Of a DNA stretch of 52,217 nt, positions 28,829-42,207 are shown in pieces. The position numbers were made by a program, and so were the translations under genes. The stretch comes from Candidatus Eiseniibacteriota bacterium (GTDB lineage: Bacteria; Eisenbacteria; RBG-16-71-46; DASYSL01). How positions within the stretch are numbered: position 1 is the first letter of the stretch; each line of letters starts with the position of its first letter. The stretch is taken from the NCBI GenBank assembly GCA_046598045.1, contig JBKJJJ010000107.1:1-52217 (forward strand), read 5' to 3'. The notes under the pieces were generated by a model. It searched no databases, had not been told where the DNA came from, and was given only the letters and a program-made list of their open reading frames with translations.

Positions 28829-30208
28829 CTACTTCTGCCGCAGCGTGTAGGTCACGACCTTCTCGCCGTCGACCGGCACCGTGACCGTGAACTCGAGCGT
28901 GCTGGCGTCCTTCTTCACGAAGTCTTGCGACGAGGTCGTCACCCGCCAGTCGCCGCCCGCGTGCTCGACCACCTTGACCGTGATCGCCTCGGTCTTGTGG
29001 TTCCGGATCTTGATCTGGTGCGAGGTCTCGACCTCCCTGTCGGAGATCCGGCGCTGGTCGGTCTGCAGGTACTCGCCGGTGACGTCGAACGCGTTGCCGA
29101 TCGTGAGGCGCACGGTCTCGTCCTTCGGCGTGTGGTCGATCCGGTCCTCGCCCACGAACTCCTGCGCACCCGACTTGTCCTCCTTGTAGACGCGCACCTT
29201 GCCCATCGGCAGCGGCATGCCGAGCCCCGCCGACGCCGAGTTCTTGAACTCCATGGTGACGCGGACTTTCTTCGGGTCGCGCTGGCGCTCATAGGTGAAG
29301 AACTTCTGGGAGGCGACGGACGACGTCGGGAACAGGGAGAGCTGCTTGGTCTCCTTGTCGGCGAGCGTGGTCGGGCGCGCCAGGGTGTACAGGTGGTACT
29401 CGAAGAACGCCTGCTCCTCGAAGCCCTGCGCCGCGTCGGCCGACATCGCGAGCGTCTCGAACTTGCCGCGCGACATCGGGACCGGCTGGTCCTGCACGCG
29501 GTTCACGTCCCCCGCCACGACCTTGAGCCGGGCGTTCGGGTAGCTCGTGCCGGAGTTGTTCTCGAGCGAGACCCAGCCCGACCACGACAGGTTCTTGTCG
29601 TTCTCGTCGAGCACCGCGACGTACTCGGCGTGCCAGGACAGGCCGCCCGTGAGGTACGAGAGCTGGGCATCGCGCTTTGCCGCCCCGCCGTTGTCGAGCA
29701 GCCAGACCAGCGTCGGCTTGGTGATCAGGCCACCCGGCAGGTCCGGGAACTGGACCTCCTTGACCTCCATGCGATTGATGATCGAGATCCCGGGCTTGCG
29801 ATTGATCACGAGGCTCGCGCCGTCGAACGACAGCAGCGTACCCGAGGTCGTCTTGCCGTCCTTGCCAGCGACGGTGATGTCCTTGTCGATGTAGCGCTCG
29901 AGCACCTTCTCGGCCGACACGAGGTCGAACCGGTAGTTCTGCTCGAGCACCGACAGCACGCCCTGCCCCTTGCCCTCGAGGTGGACCGAGGTCGGGTCGA
30001 TCTGCGCCGACACGTCGGTCAGCGAGAACGTCTGCCGGCCGGCGCCGAGGTCGAGCGCGCGGCTGTCCTTCACCAGCGCGAGGTTCGAGTTGTAGACCGT
30101 GACCGTGAGGTCGCGCTCGGCGGCGTGGACCGCCGGCGCGGCGAGAAGGGCGGCGACGAGCGCCGCGACCGCGCGGGCCTTGTCAACGGAGCGGGGACGT
30201 CCTTGCAT
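28829..30208 (-). CDS. DUF4139 (with DUF4140-like N-terminus) secreted protein
   Basis: Signal peptide, VTVYNSNLALVKD, LEQNYRFDL, YLTGGLSWHAEY, FEYHLY, GMPLPMG and GEDRIDHTP. SD GGAGG. Confidence 0.85.
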   Translation of the reverse strand: MQGRPRSVDKARAVAALVAALLAAPAVHAAERDLTVTVYNSNLALVKDSRALDLGAGRQTFSLTDVSAQIDPTSVHLEGKGQGVLSVLEQNYRFDLVSAEKVLERYIDKDITVAGKDGKTTSGTLLSFDGASLVINRKPGISIINRMEVKEVQFPDLPGGLITKPTLVWLLDNGGAAKRDAQLSYLTGGLSWHAEYVAVLDENDKNLSWSGWVSLENNSGTSYPNARLKVVAGDVNRVQDQPVPMSRGKFETLAMSADAAQGFEEQAFFEYHLYTLARPTTLADKETKQLSLFPTSSVASQKFFTYERQRDPKKVRVTMEFKNSASAGLGMPLPMGKVRVYKEDKSGAQEFVGEDRIDHTPKDETVRLTIGNAFDVTGEYLQTDQRRISDREVETSHQIKIRNHKTEAITVKVVEHAGGDWRVTTSSQDFVKKDASTLEFTVTVPVDGEKVVTYTLRQK

Positions 30209-30326
30209 GTCGGTTCCTCCGGGCCCCGGCGCACAGGCGGCGCAGGGCGTGGATGTGGGCGGGTTGCTCCGGGTGGACTCGTCCATGGAGTCGTCCCCGG
30301 ACCCGGTTTCGTTTCCCTGAAAATCG

Positions 30327-33074
<2,748 letters not shown>

Positions 33075-33260
33075 CGTCACTCCTGTGGCTTGAGCAAGAA
33101 GAGCCGGAGGCGGCCCCTCGGGGCTGCCTGCGGCTCGTCGTGGGGGCAGGATGCTGGGCCGCAGGATAGCACAGGGTTGCGGGCCCGGGAAACCGGGGCC
33201 CGCTAGAGGACTCCATCTCCTCCAAGATCTGAAGCATCAAAACTAATCCGCCGCCCTGCA

Positions 33261-33289
33261 TAGACTTGGCGACTCGTATCAACTAGGAT
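33261..33289 (+). promoter_or_regulatory. Sigma70-type promoter giving a probably leaderless transcript
   Basis: TAGACT-N17-TAGGAT, then 6 nt to ATG 33296; no SD. Confidence 0.45.
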
Positions 33290-33295
33290 CATGGC

Positions 33296-33763
33296 ATGCT
33301 TAGAAGCCGGTTCCTGCCACCCGTGGTCGGCATCGCCTTGATCCTCACCTCGTGGGGCGAAGGCTGCGTCGCGAACGCCAGTTGTGTGGCGGAGACGACT
33401 CAATCGGCGATCAAGCACCACCCGATGGTCTTCCTGGGCACAGTCGAGTCGGTGCGCGATGCGATCCCGCCAGTTCGTCAAGGGGCCCGATCCACCGCGG
33501 CACAATGCGCAGCGGTACGGATGAGTGCGATCTGGAAGGGGATTCCCCGGCGCGAAATCACGCTGTGGAGAGCGTATGCGCACGGCGGGCTCGTCGCGGG
33601 CGAATCGTACGTGTTCTACGCGGACAGCTTGGCCGGCACCTGGTGGATTGATCCGTGCTCGCGCACCGCCCCCCGCGCCCAGGCCGCCGAAGACCTCGCC
33701 CAACTCGGCAAGCCAACGATCGTCCAGCGCCTCCCCGGCCGCAAGCCCCGCCCCACTCCGTAG
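33296..33763 (+). CDS. Secreted TIMP/NTR-like OB-fold protein
   Basis: Signal peptide, then ASC...MVFLGTV...IWKG...GESYVFYA...IDPCSRT...DLAQLG, the pattern of bacterial TIMP-like proteins. More A/T-ending codons than its neighbours. Confidence 0.6.
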   Translation: MLRSRFLPPVVGIALILTSWGEGCVANASCVAETTQSAIKHHPMVFLGTVESVRDAIPPVRQGARSTAAQCAAVRMSAIWKGIPRREITLWRAYAHGGLVAGESYVFYADSLAGTWWIDPCSRTAPRAQAAEDLAQLGKPTIVQRLPGRKPRPTP

Positions 33764-33782
33764 CGCCCGATCGTGCGGAGGC

Positions 33783-33811
33783 TTGACGCGGCGCGCACCC
33801 GCGCCTAGCGT
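33783..33811 (+). promoter_or_regulatory. Sigma70-type promoter
   Basis: TTGACG-N17-TAGCGT. Confidence 0.55.
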
Positions 33812-33868
33812 CGGCCTACCCACCGCGCTGCGCGCGGCCGCCCCTTCCCCTGCTTCGAGGTCTCGCTC

Positions 33869-34969
33869 ATGAGCGATCGCACGATTGGAGTCGGCATCCT
33901 GGGCACGGGCTTTGCCCGCTCGACCCAGATCCCCTGCTTCCAGGCCACGCCCGGATTCGAGGTCGTCGGGCTCATGAGCCGGAACATGACGCGCGCCTAC
34001 GACCTCGCGAAGGAGTTCGACCTGAGGCGCGCGTTCGACGATCTCGACCGCATGCTCGCCGTGCCCGAGATCGAGCTCGTCGCGGTGAGCACACCGCCCC
34101 ACCTCCACCTGCCGCAGACGCTCGCGGCGTTGCGCGCGGGCAAGCACGTGTTGTGCGAGAAGCCGACCGCGCTCCACGCCGGCGAGGCCGCCGAGATGTA
34201 CGCCGCCGCGAAGGCGAGCGGCAAGATCCACCTGATCGACCACGAGCTCCGCTTCAACCCGCGCCGGCGCCGGCTCGCCGAGTTGGTGAAGGAGGGCTTC
34301 CTCGGGCGCATCTACACGATCGAGTACCGCATGGCCGGCGCGTTCCGCGTCGACCCGACGCGGCCGTGGTCGTGGTGGTCGGACGAGGCGCAGGGCGGCG
34401 GCGTGCTCGGCGCGCTCGGTTCGCACGCGGTCGACTCGATCCGCTCGTGGGTGGGCGAGATCAAGGAGGCGCGCGGGCACCTCAAGACCATGATCGCGCA
34501 GCGCCCCGACCCCGAGACCGGCGGGCCGCGCGCGGTCACGTCCGACGACTATGCAGTCGCGTGGCTGAGGCTCGAAGGCGGCGGCGAGGTCAACCTGTCG
34601 CTCTCGGCGGTGTCGCGCGAAGAGCCGTGGACGCGCGTCGCGCTCCATGGCGAGAAGGGCTCGCTGCTGCTCGACGAGCACCAGCGCCTGTGGAAGCGCG
34701 CGCACGGCGAGGACGCCTTCACCGAGGTTTCGGTCGAGGACGCCCCGCTGCCCCCGCCGGGCTCGCGCGTGCCCGACTCGCCGTGGGCGCGCGCGTTCCT
34801 GCTCTACGCCGCCGCGATCCGGGACGCGATCCTGCGCAACCAGGCGACGGTGCCCGGCGCGGCCACGTTCGAGGACGGGCTCAAGAACCAGCTCGTGCTC
34901 GATGCGATCAAGGAGTCGTCGAAGCGCGGCGACTGGGTCACGGTCGAATCCGTGCTCGCGCGCGCGTGA
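33869..34969 (+). CDS. Gfo/Idh/MocA family oxidoreductase
   Basis: GILGTGF, STPPHLH, GKHVLCEKP and GGGVLGALGSHAVD. Confidence 0.93.
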   Translation: MSDRTIGVGILGTGFARSTQIPCFQATPGFEVVGLMSRNMTRAYDLAKEFDLRRAFDDLDRMLAVPEIELVAVSTPPHLHLPQTLAALRAGKHVLCEKPTALHAGEAAEMYAAAKASGKIHLIDHELRFNPRRRRLAELVKEGFLGRIYTIEYRMAGAFRVDPTRPWSWWSDEAQGGGVLGALGSHAVDSIRSWVGEIKEARGHLKTMIAQRPDPETGGPRAVTSDDYAVAWLRLEGGGEVNLSLSAVSREEPWTRVALHGEKGSLLLDEHQRLWKRAHGEDAFTEVSVEDAPLPPPGSRVPDSPWARAFLLYAAAIRDAILRNQATVPGAATFEDGLKNQLVLDAIKESSKRGDWVTVESVLARA

Positions 34970-36552
34970 GCAACCGCGCCGCGTTCGCCGCCTCGCTCAT
35001 CGCCGCAGCGTGCCTCGCCGCGCAATCTGCCCCGGGGCAGGCGGACCCACGCACGCCCAAGCAAGGCACCGCCGAGTGGATCCCGGTGCGCGATCCCATC
35101 CAGGAGGAGTTCGAGCGCCTGCACGCCTCGGGGCTCGCCGACACGTCGATCGCGGTGTTCACGCGGCCGCTTGATCGCCGGACCGTCGCGGCCGTCGTGG
35201 CGCGCGCGCGCCGATTGCATCCGGACTCGCGCGATCCGTCGCTCACGAGATTGGAGCGCGCGTTCGGCCGCGAGCTCGTCGACTGGGGCTACGAGGCACC
35301 CGCCGGCTACTCGCCCCCACTCTGGACGATCACCGATCCCGCGGACGAGGAGGGCATGCGCGCGCGCATCTTCGGCTACGCCGACGGCGGGCTGATTGTG
35401 ACCAGGGACCTCACGCAGTGGGAGGACCGCTCGCGCTTCGGAGGGCGGCTCAACCTGGAGAGCGGAGGGCTGCTGCTCCACCTCGACGCCTACGCGGGCC
35501 GGGTCGAGAACGGGCACAACTTCTCGGACCAGCTCGTGACCGGGTCGGACTTCATCGCCTACAGCGAGGACACCTACGCCTCGCTGGCGGGCCACGGGCT
35601 GGACGCGAGTCTCGGCCGGATCGGCTTCGCGTGGGGCCCGGGCAGCACCGGCTCGCTCCTGTGGTCCGAGACCGCCGACCCGGTCACCGCGCTCGACCTC
35701 GGCGCGACGCTGTTCGGGCGCGTGCGCGCGATCGCGCTCGCGGGCGACGTCGACGCCTCACGCGGCGCGCGCATCGCGGGGCACCGCATCGAATGGTTCC
35801 CCTCGCCGCGCCTGACGATCGGGCTCGCCGAAGCGGCGCGCTACCAGTCCTCGCACTGGGAGCCGCTCTACCTCGTGCCACTCCTGCCCTACACGTGGAT
35901 CCAACGGATCCTCGCGCACGACCAGTCCGGCGGCGCCGGCGCGAGCGCGAGCGTGCGCAACAACGTCATGGCCGCGGTCGACGCCGCCTGGCAGGCGCGG
36001 CCCGGCACGGTCGTGTACGGGCAGTTCCTGCTCGACGACCAGGGGCTCAAGATCGGGGGCTCGCCGACGCGCATCGGCTACCAGGCCGGCGTGCTCGGGA
36101 CCGGGGCTGTCGGCGCGGGAAGCTGGACCGGGCGGCTCGAGTACACGCGGGTCTATCGCTATGTCTATTCGGTGTCTTACGGGGATGACTTCATCCACCA
36201 CGCCAAGCCGATCGGCGACCCCGCCGGGCCGGACAGCCGGGGCGTCTTCGGCGAGGCGCGCTGGTCACCCTCGGCGGCGCTCGAGTTCGCGCTCTCGGGT
36301 GCGCAGCAGGACCTGGGCGAGGGCGGCCTCGGCGAGTTCTTCGATCCCGACTCGGGGGCGGCCGTGGGCAGCGTGCTCTCGGGGGTGGTCGAGCGCACGC
36401 GCCGGGCCTCTGCGGAGGCGCGCTGGTGGCCGGTCGACGGCATCGACCTCTCGCTCGGCGCCGGGCGCGACTGGGTCTTAAACGCCGGTCACGTGGCGGG
36501 CGTCGACGCGCGCCGCTGGGCAGTCCGGCTGGGCGCCCGCCTCCACCGCTGA
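34966..36552 (+). CDS. Capsule assembly Wzi-like outer-membrane beta-barrel
   Basis: GTGA-coupled start, signal peptide, GRIGFAWGPG..GSLLWS, GHRIEW, RNNVMA, YGQFLLDD, EYTRV, IGDPAGPDS and a terminal beta strand. Confidence 0.75.
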   Translation: MSNRAAFAASLIAAACLAAQSAPGQADPRTPKQGTAEWIPVRDPIQEEFERLHASGLADTSIAVFTRPLDRRTVAAVVARARRLHPDSRDPSLTRLERAFGRELVDWGYEAPAGYSPPLWTITDPADEEGMRARIFGYADGGLIVTRDLTQWEDRSRFGGRLNLESGGLLLHLDAYAGRVENGHNFSDQLVTGSDFIAYSEDTYASLAGHGLDASLGRIGFAWGPGSTGSLLWSETADPVTALDLGATLFGRVRAIALAGDVDASRGARIAGHRIEWFPSPRLTIGLAEAARYQSSHWEPLYLVPLLPYTWIQRILAHDQSGGAGASASVRNNVMAAVDAAWQARPGTVVYGQFLLDDQGLKIGGSPTRIGYQAGVLGTGAVGAGSWTGRLEYTRVYRYVYSVSYGDDFIHHAKPIGDPAGPDSRGVFGEARWSPSAALEFALSGAQQDLGEGGLGEFFDPDSGAAVGSVLSGVVERTRRASAEARWWPVDGIDLSLGAGRDWVLNAGHVAGVDARRWAVRLGARLHR

Positions 36553-36563
36553 CGACGCTCGAG

Positions 36564-37502
36564 CTAGCGGCGACCCGCCGCGCGCTCCGTGCGGTACCAC
36601 TCGACGGTGCGGCGCAGGCCTTCCTCGAACGTCACCTTCGGCGTCCAGCCGAGCACGGCCTTCGCGCGCGAAGCGTCGAGGTAGATGCGCTGCACCTCGC
36701 CCGGCCGCGCCGCCTCGTGGATCGCCTCGCCCTTGAAGTCGAGGATCGTCTTGAGCGCGCGCACGATGTCATTCACGGACACGCCCTTGCCCCACCCCAG
36801 GTTCACGGTCTCTCCCGAGCCCTTCGAGAGCGCGAGCTCGTTCGCCGACACGACGTCGTCCACGTAGACGTAATCGCGCACCTGCTCGCCGTCGCCGAAG
36901 ATCGTCGGCGCCTTGCCCTCGCACATGAGCCCGATGAAGATCGCGTTCACCCCGGCCTCGCCGTGCGGGTTCTGGCGCGGGCCGTAGACGTTCGGGTAGC
37001 GCAGGACCGTGGCGTCCAGGTGGTGCAGGAGCCGGAAGCAGTACACGTAGTGCTCCATCGCGAATTTCGAGACGCCGTATGGCGACTCGGGGTGCGCGGG
37101 ATGATCCTCGGTCGCGGGCAGGTGGCGGCCCTCACCGTAGAGCGCGCCGCCGGTCGAGGCATAGATCAGCTTGCGCACGCCGTGGCGCACGCACGCCTCG
37201 AGCAGGCCGATGCCGCCCAGGATGTTCGTCCTCGCATCGAACGCCGGGTGATCGACCGAGTGCCGCACGTCGATCTGGGCGGCGTGATGGTCCACGACGT
37301 CGGGGCGGAAGTCGGCGACCACCTGCTCGACCGCCTCGGGCTGGATCAGGTCCGCCTCGTAGAGCCGGATGCGGGGGTCGAGGTTTTCGCGGCGCCCGGT
37401 GCTCAGGTTGTCGAGCACCGCGACCTCGTGGCCGAGCGCGAGGAAGCGGCCTGAGACGTTCGAACCGATGAACCCCGCCCCGCCGGTGACCAGGATCTTC
37501 AT
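36564..37502 (-). CDS. NAD-dependent epimerase/dehydratase (UDP-glucose 4-epimerase-like)
   Basis: TGGAGFIGS, HHAAQIDVR, YGVSK (YxxxK), NVYGPRQ and RDYVYV. Confidence 0.93.
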   Translation of the reverse strand: MKILVTGGAGFIGSNVSGRFLALGHEVAVLDNLSTGRRENLDPRIRLYEADLIQPEAVEQVVADFRPDVVDHHAAQIDVRHSVDHPAFDARTNILGGIGLLEACVRHGVRKLIYASTGGALYGEGRHLPATEDHPAHPESPYGVSKFAMEHYVYCFRLLHHLDATVLRYPNVYGPRQNPHGEAGVNAIFIGLMCEGKAPTIFGDGEQVRDYVYVDDVVSANELALSKGSGETVNLGWGKGVSVNDIVRALKTILDFKGEAIHEAARPGEVQRIYLDASRAKAVLGWTPKVTFEEGLRRTVEWYRTERAAGRR

Positions 37503-37595
37503 GCGAATCGATCTCCCCGGAGATGTCAAAGGATCGGGCGCGCCGCGATCGACGCGCCCGCTGGTGCGCAGTGTGCTACAGACAATCCGCGAGTG

Positions 37596-37781
37596 TCAAA
37601 AGGGCTTGCGCGTGAACACCGCCGCCGCCGCGAGCGCGACGCTGAACGAGAGCAACAGCATGGCCCACGGCAGCGCGCCGAGGCGGCCCAGGTGGGCGGG
37701 CCGGTTCGCGCCGGCGCGGCGTCCTTGCGCGGGCGATCCCTTCCTGCGGCGGGTCCTTCCGGTCAGCGTACGTTCGGTCAT
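37596..37781 (-). CDS. Small membrane protein (basic N-terminus + one TM), 61 aa
   Basis: SD AAAGGA before ATG 37781; C-terminal hydrophobic helix LPWAMLLLSFSVALAAAAVF. Confidence 0.45.
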   Translation of the reverse strand: MTERTLTGRTRRRKGSPAQGRRAGANRPAHLGRLGALPWAMLLLSFSVALAAAAVFTRKPF

Positions 37782-37812
37782 GGCGAGTCCTTTCGCCGGT
37801 TCAAGGGCGCGG

Positions 37813-39515
<1,703 letters not shown>

Positions 39516-39519
<4 letters not shown>

Positions 39520-40724
39520 CGGCGCGCCCGCGCGATCAGCGCCTCGGCATCGGTCCCGTCCTGCGGGAACGTGGCCACGCCCAGGCGGACCGACAACCGG
39601 CGGCGACGCGGGAACGAGTGGCCCTCGATCGCGACGCGAATCCGATCCGCCGCCGCGCGCGCGGGCTCGGGGCCCTGGTGCGGGAGGAGCAACACGAACT
39701 CGTCGCCGGGCGCGAGCCGCGCGACCACGTCGCTCCTGCGCACGCTCTGCTTGAGAAGGCCGGCGAGCGAGACCAGGCAGCTGTCGCCGTAGCCACGGCC
39801 GTAGGACTGGTTGAGGAGCGCGAAGCGTTCGGGGTCGACCAGCACGAGCGAGAACGGGTAGCCGTAGCGGCGCGATTTCTCGATCTCCTCGGCGAGGCGG
39901 ATCTCGAAGTGCGCGCGGTTCGCGAGGCCGGTCAGTTCGTCGCTCAGAGACCGGCGACGGGCCTCGTCGAACGCGGCCTGGCGCGACAGCGTCGATGCCA
40001 GGATCGCGCCGGCGGCAGACAGCAGGTCCCGGTCCGCCTCGGTGAACGCGCCGGGGCGGGTGTGGCCGACGTTGAGCACGCCGACCAGGTCGCGCGAGAC
40101 GATCAGCGGCACGGACAGGAACGAGCCCGGGCGGGCGCCGGGTGTCTCGCTGTCCTCGTCGCCGCGCAACTCTGCGAGCAGGACGGGGCGGCGCGAGCGC
40201 GCGACCCACGAGGAAAGCCCCTGCCCGAGGTCGAACTGGACCTCGGGAATCAGATCGACGTGGGCCCCGGTCGTGGCCGCGGGCACGAGCGTCTCGGTGG
40301 CGCGGTCATAGAGGAAGAACGTCGCGTTCTCGAATCCGACGGACTTGCGCAGCGCCTCGAGCGCGCGCGTGAGCGCGGTCTCGGTGCTGTCGGCGTCGCG
40401 CGCGATCTGCGCGAGGTCGGCGAGCGCGGTCAGGCGCGGGGACTCGATCGCCTCGGGACGGCCCTCGAGCGCGGTGCGCGACCAGGCGAGCAGCCGGGCC
40501 GCGAACGCGGCCTGGGCATCGGGGCGGGCGCCGCTCGCGTATGCCGCCTCGAAGGCGGCGCCCTGGCGCTCGAGCTCGACCGAGGTCCAGCCGAGGACGG
40601 ACGCGAGCAACTCGAGATGGCGGCGCGCCGCCGGCTTCCCCTCGCCGCGGACGGCGGGGCGCGGGCGCGCGAGCTTCCCGGTGACGCGGGCTCGCACCCG
40701 TGGTGCGGCGGCAGTCCGGCTCAT
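39516..40724 (-). CDS. GAF + degenerate GGDEF domain protein
   Basis: GAF, then DELTGLANR, DPERFALLNQSYG..GD, RRSD and ARLAPGDEF. Confidence 0.85.
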
Positions 40725-40726
40725 GG

Positions 40727-41152
40727 TCAGGCTCCCCTTCCCTGGGACCGGCCCTCGATCAAGAGGGCCTGCTTCAGCTCCGACAGGCGCAACGTCGCCT
40801 GCTTGATCCGGTTCGACTCGCGCGTGATGACGTCGAGCCGCTCCTTGACTCCGGGCAGTGCGGCCGCCGGGCCGAGGCCGAGCAGCTGCGCGTTTCCGAC
40901 CACGCCGACGAGCGCGTTGTTGATGTCATGGTTGACCGACAGGCTCGCGAGCAGGCGGCGCTTGAGCGAGTCGCTCTCCTCGACCAGCCGCAGCGCGGCG
41001 GCATCGAGCCGGTCCGCCAGCTCGGCGGCTTCGGCGTCGCCGGCACGCACGCGCAGCAGCATGGCGAGCTCGGCGAGCTCCGCATCGCAGGCGGCGCGCG
41101 GGAGGTCGTCGGGCCCGAGTACGGGCATCGGGACGGGATCGGCGGAGCTCAT
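40727..41152 (-). CDS. Stand-alone HisKA/DHp domain protein (no ATPase domain)
   Basis: Coiled coil, then H-box SVNHDINNAL..VVGNAQLL and a second helix; ends shortly afterwards. Confidence 0.7.
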   Translation of the reverse strand: MSSADPVPMPVLGPDDLPRAACDAELAELAMLLRVRAGDAEAAELADRLDAAALRLVEESDSLKRRLLASLSVNHDINNALVGVVGNAQLLGLGPAAALPGVKERLDVITRESNRIKQATLRLSELKQALLIEGRSQGRGA

Positions 41153-41159
41153 CGGACGA

Positions 41160-42197
41160 TCACGCGGCAAGCGCGCGACGGACCCGGCTCTTGAGCCGGA
41201 TCACCGCGCGCGAGTGGACCTGGGAAACCCGCGACTCCGAGATGCCGAGCGTCAGGCCGATCTCACGCAGGGTCATGTGCTCGTAGTAGTAGAGCGCGAC
41301 CACGACGCGCTCCTGCTCGGGGAGCTGGTTGAGCGTCTCGAGCAGCAGGTGGCGCGTCTCCTCCTCCTCGATGCGCGCCAGCACGTCGGGCACCGAGGGG
41401 TCTTCGATCAGGTCGGCGAGCCCGATCGAGTCGCCGTCCTCGGGGGTGCGCACCTCGTCGAGCGAGAGCAGCACCGCGCCCCGCACCTGGTCCATCAGGC
41501 GGTGGTAGTCGGCGAGCGGCATCTTCGCCTCCTTCGCGATCTCCTCCTCGCTCGCGGCGCGGCCGAGCCGCTGGTCGAGCCGGCGCACCGAGGCCTCGAC
41601 CTCGCGCGCCTTGCGGCGCACCGAACGCGACGCCCAGTCGAGCGCGCGCAACTGGTCGAGCACGGCGCCCTTGATCCGCCACACCGCGTAGGTCTCGAAC
41701 TTCGTGCCCTTCCCCGCGTCGAACTTCTCGTAGGCGTCGAGCAGGCCGAGCATGCCGGCCGACATCAGGTCCTCGTGGTCCACGTTCTTCGGCAGGCCGA
41801 CCGCGAGGCGCTCGACCACGTACTTGATGAGCGGGGTGTAGCGGGCGAGCAACTGCTCCCGCGGCACGCGCTCGACGGGGCCCGACTCCGCAATCGCGGC
41901 TCCGCCCTTGACCGCGGCCGCTCCCGGCCGGGACTTCGGCGGCACGAGCGCGAGCGGGGCCGGCTTGCGCCGCAAAGGCATCGGGGTGGTCGACCGCACG
42001 GCGAAGCGCTTGACCGGCCGTTCGATCGCGTTCTTGCCCACCCCGGCCTTCGCCTTCACGGCGACGACGGGCTTTTTCGGCGCGGCCTTCGCCCTGGTGG
42101 CGGTGGACGCAGGCTTCCTGCCCTTGCGGACCGGCACCAGCTTGAGGCGCGGCTGGCGGCGCGCGGGCTTGGACGACGTCGAACGAAGGCTGGGCAT
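41160..42197 (-). CDS. fliA: FliA/WhiG family RNA polymerase sigma factor (sigma28) with basic N-terminal extension
   Basis: DLMSAGMLGLLDA, KFETYAVWRIKGAVLDQLRALDW and LYYYEHMTLREIG..LGISESRVSQVH. Confidence 0.93.
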   Translation of the reverse strand: MPSLRSTSSKPARRQPRLKLVPVRKGRKPASTATRAKAAPKKPVVAVKAKAGVGKNAIERPVKRFAVRSTTPMPLRRKPAPLALVPPKSRPGAAAVKGGAAIAESGPVERVPREQLLARYTPLIKYVVERLAVGLPKNVDHEDLMSAGMLGLLDAYEKFDAGKGTKFETYAVWRIKGAVLDQLRALDWASRSVRRKAREVEASVRRLDQRLGRAASEEEIAKEAKMPLADYHRLMDQVRGAVLLSLDEVRTPEDGDSIGLADLIEDPSVPDVLARIEEEETRHLLLETLNQLPEQERVVVALYYYEHMTLREIGLTLGISESRVSQVHSRAVIRLKSRVRRALAA

Positions 42198-42207
42198 CGC
42201 GATTCTC

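Noticed and set aside
33075..33200. T-box riboswitch upstream of valS
   Set aside because: The leader is too short and no T-box consensus or specifier stem is visible.
33203..33292. 29-codon minus-strand ORF starting MILVDTS (VapC/PIN-like start)
   Set aside because: Similarity ends after 7 residues, there is no SD or antitoxin, and it overlaps the promoter of the plus-strand gene.
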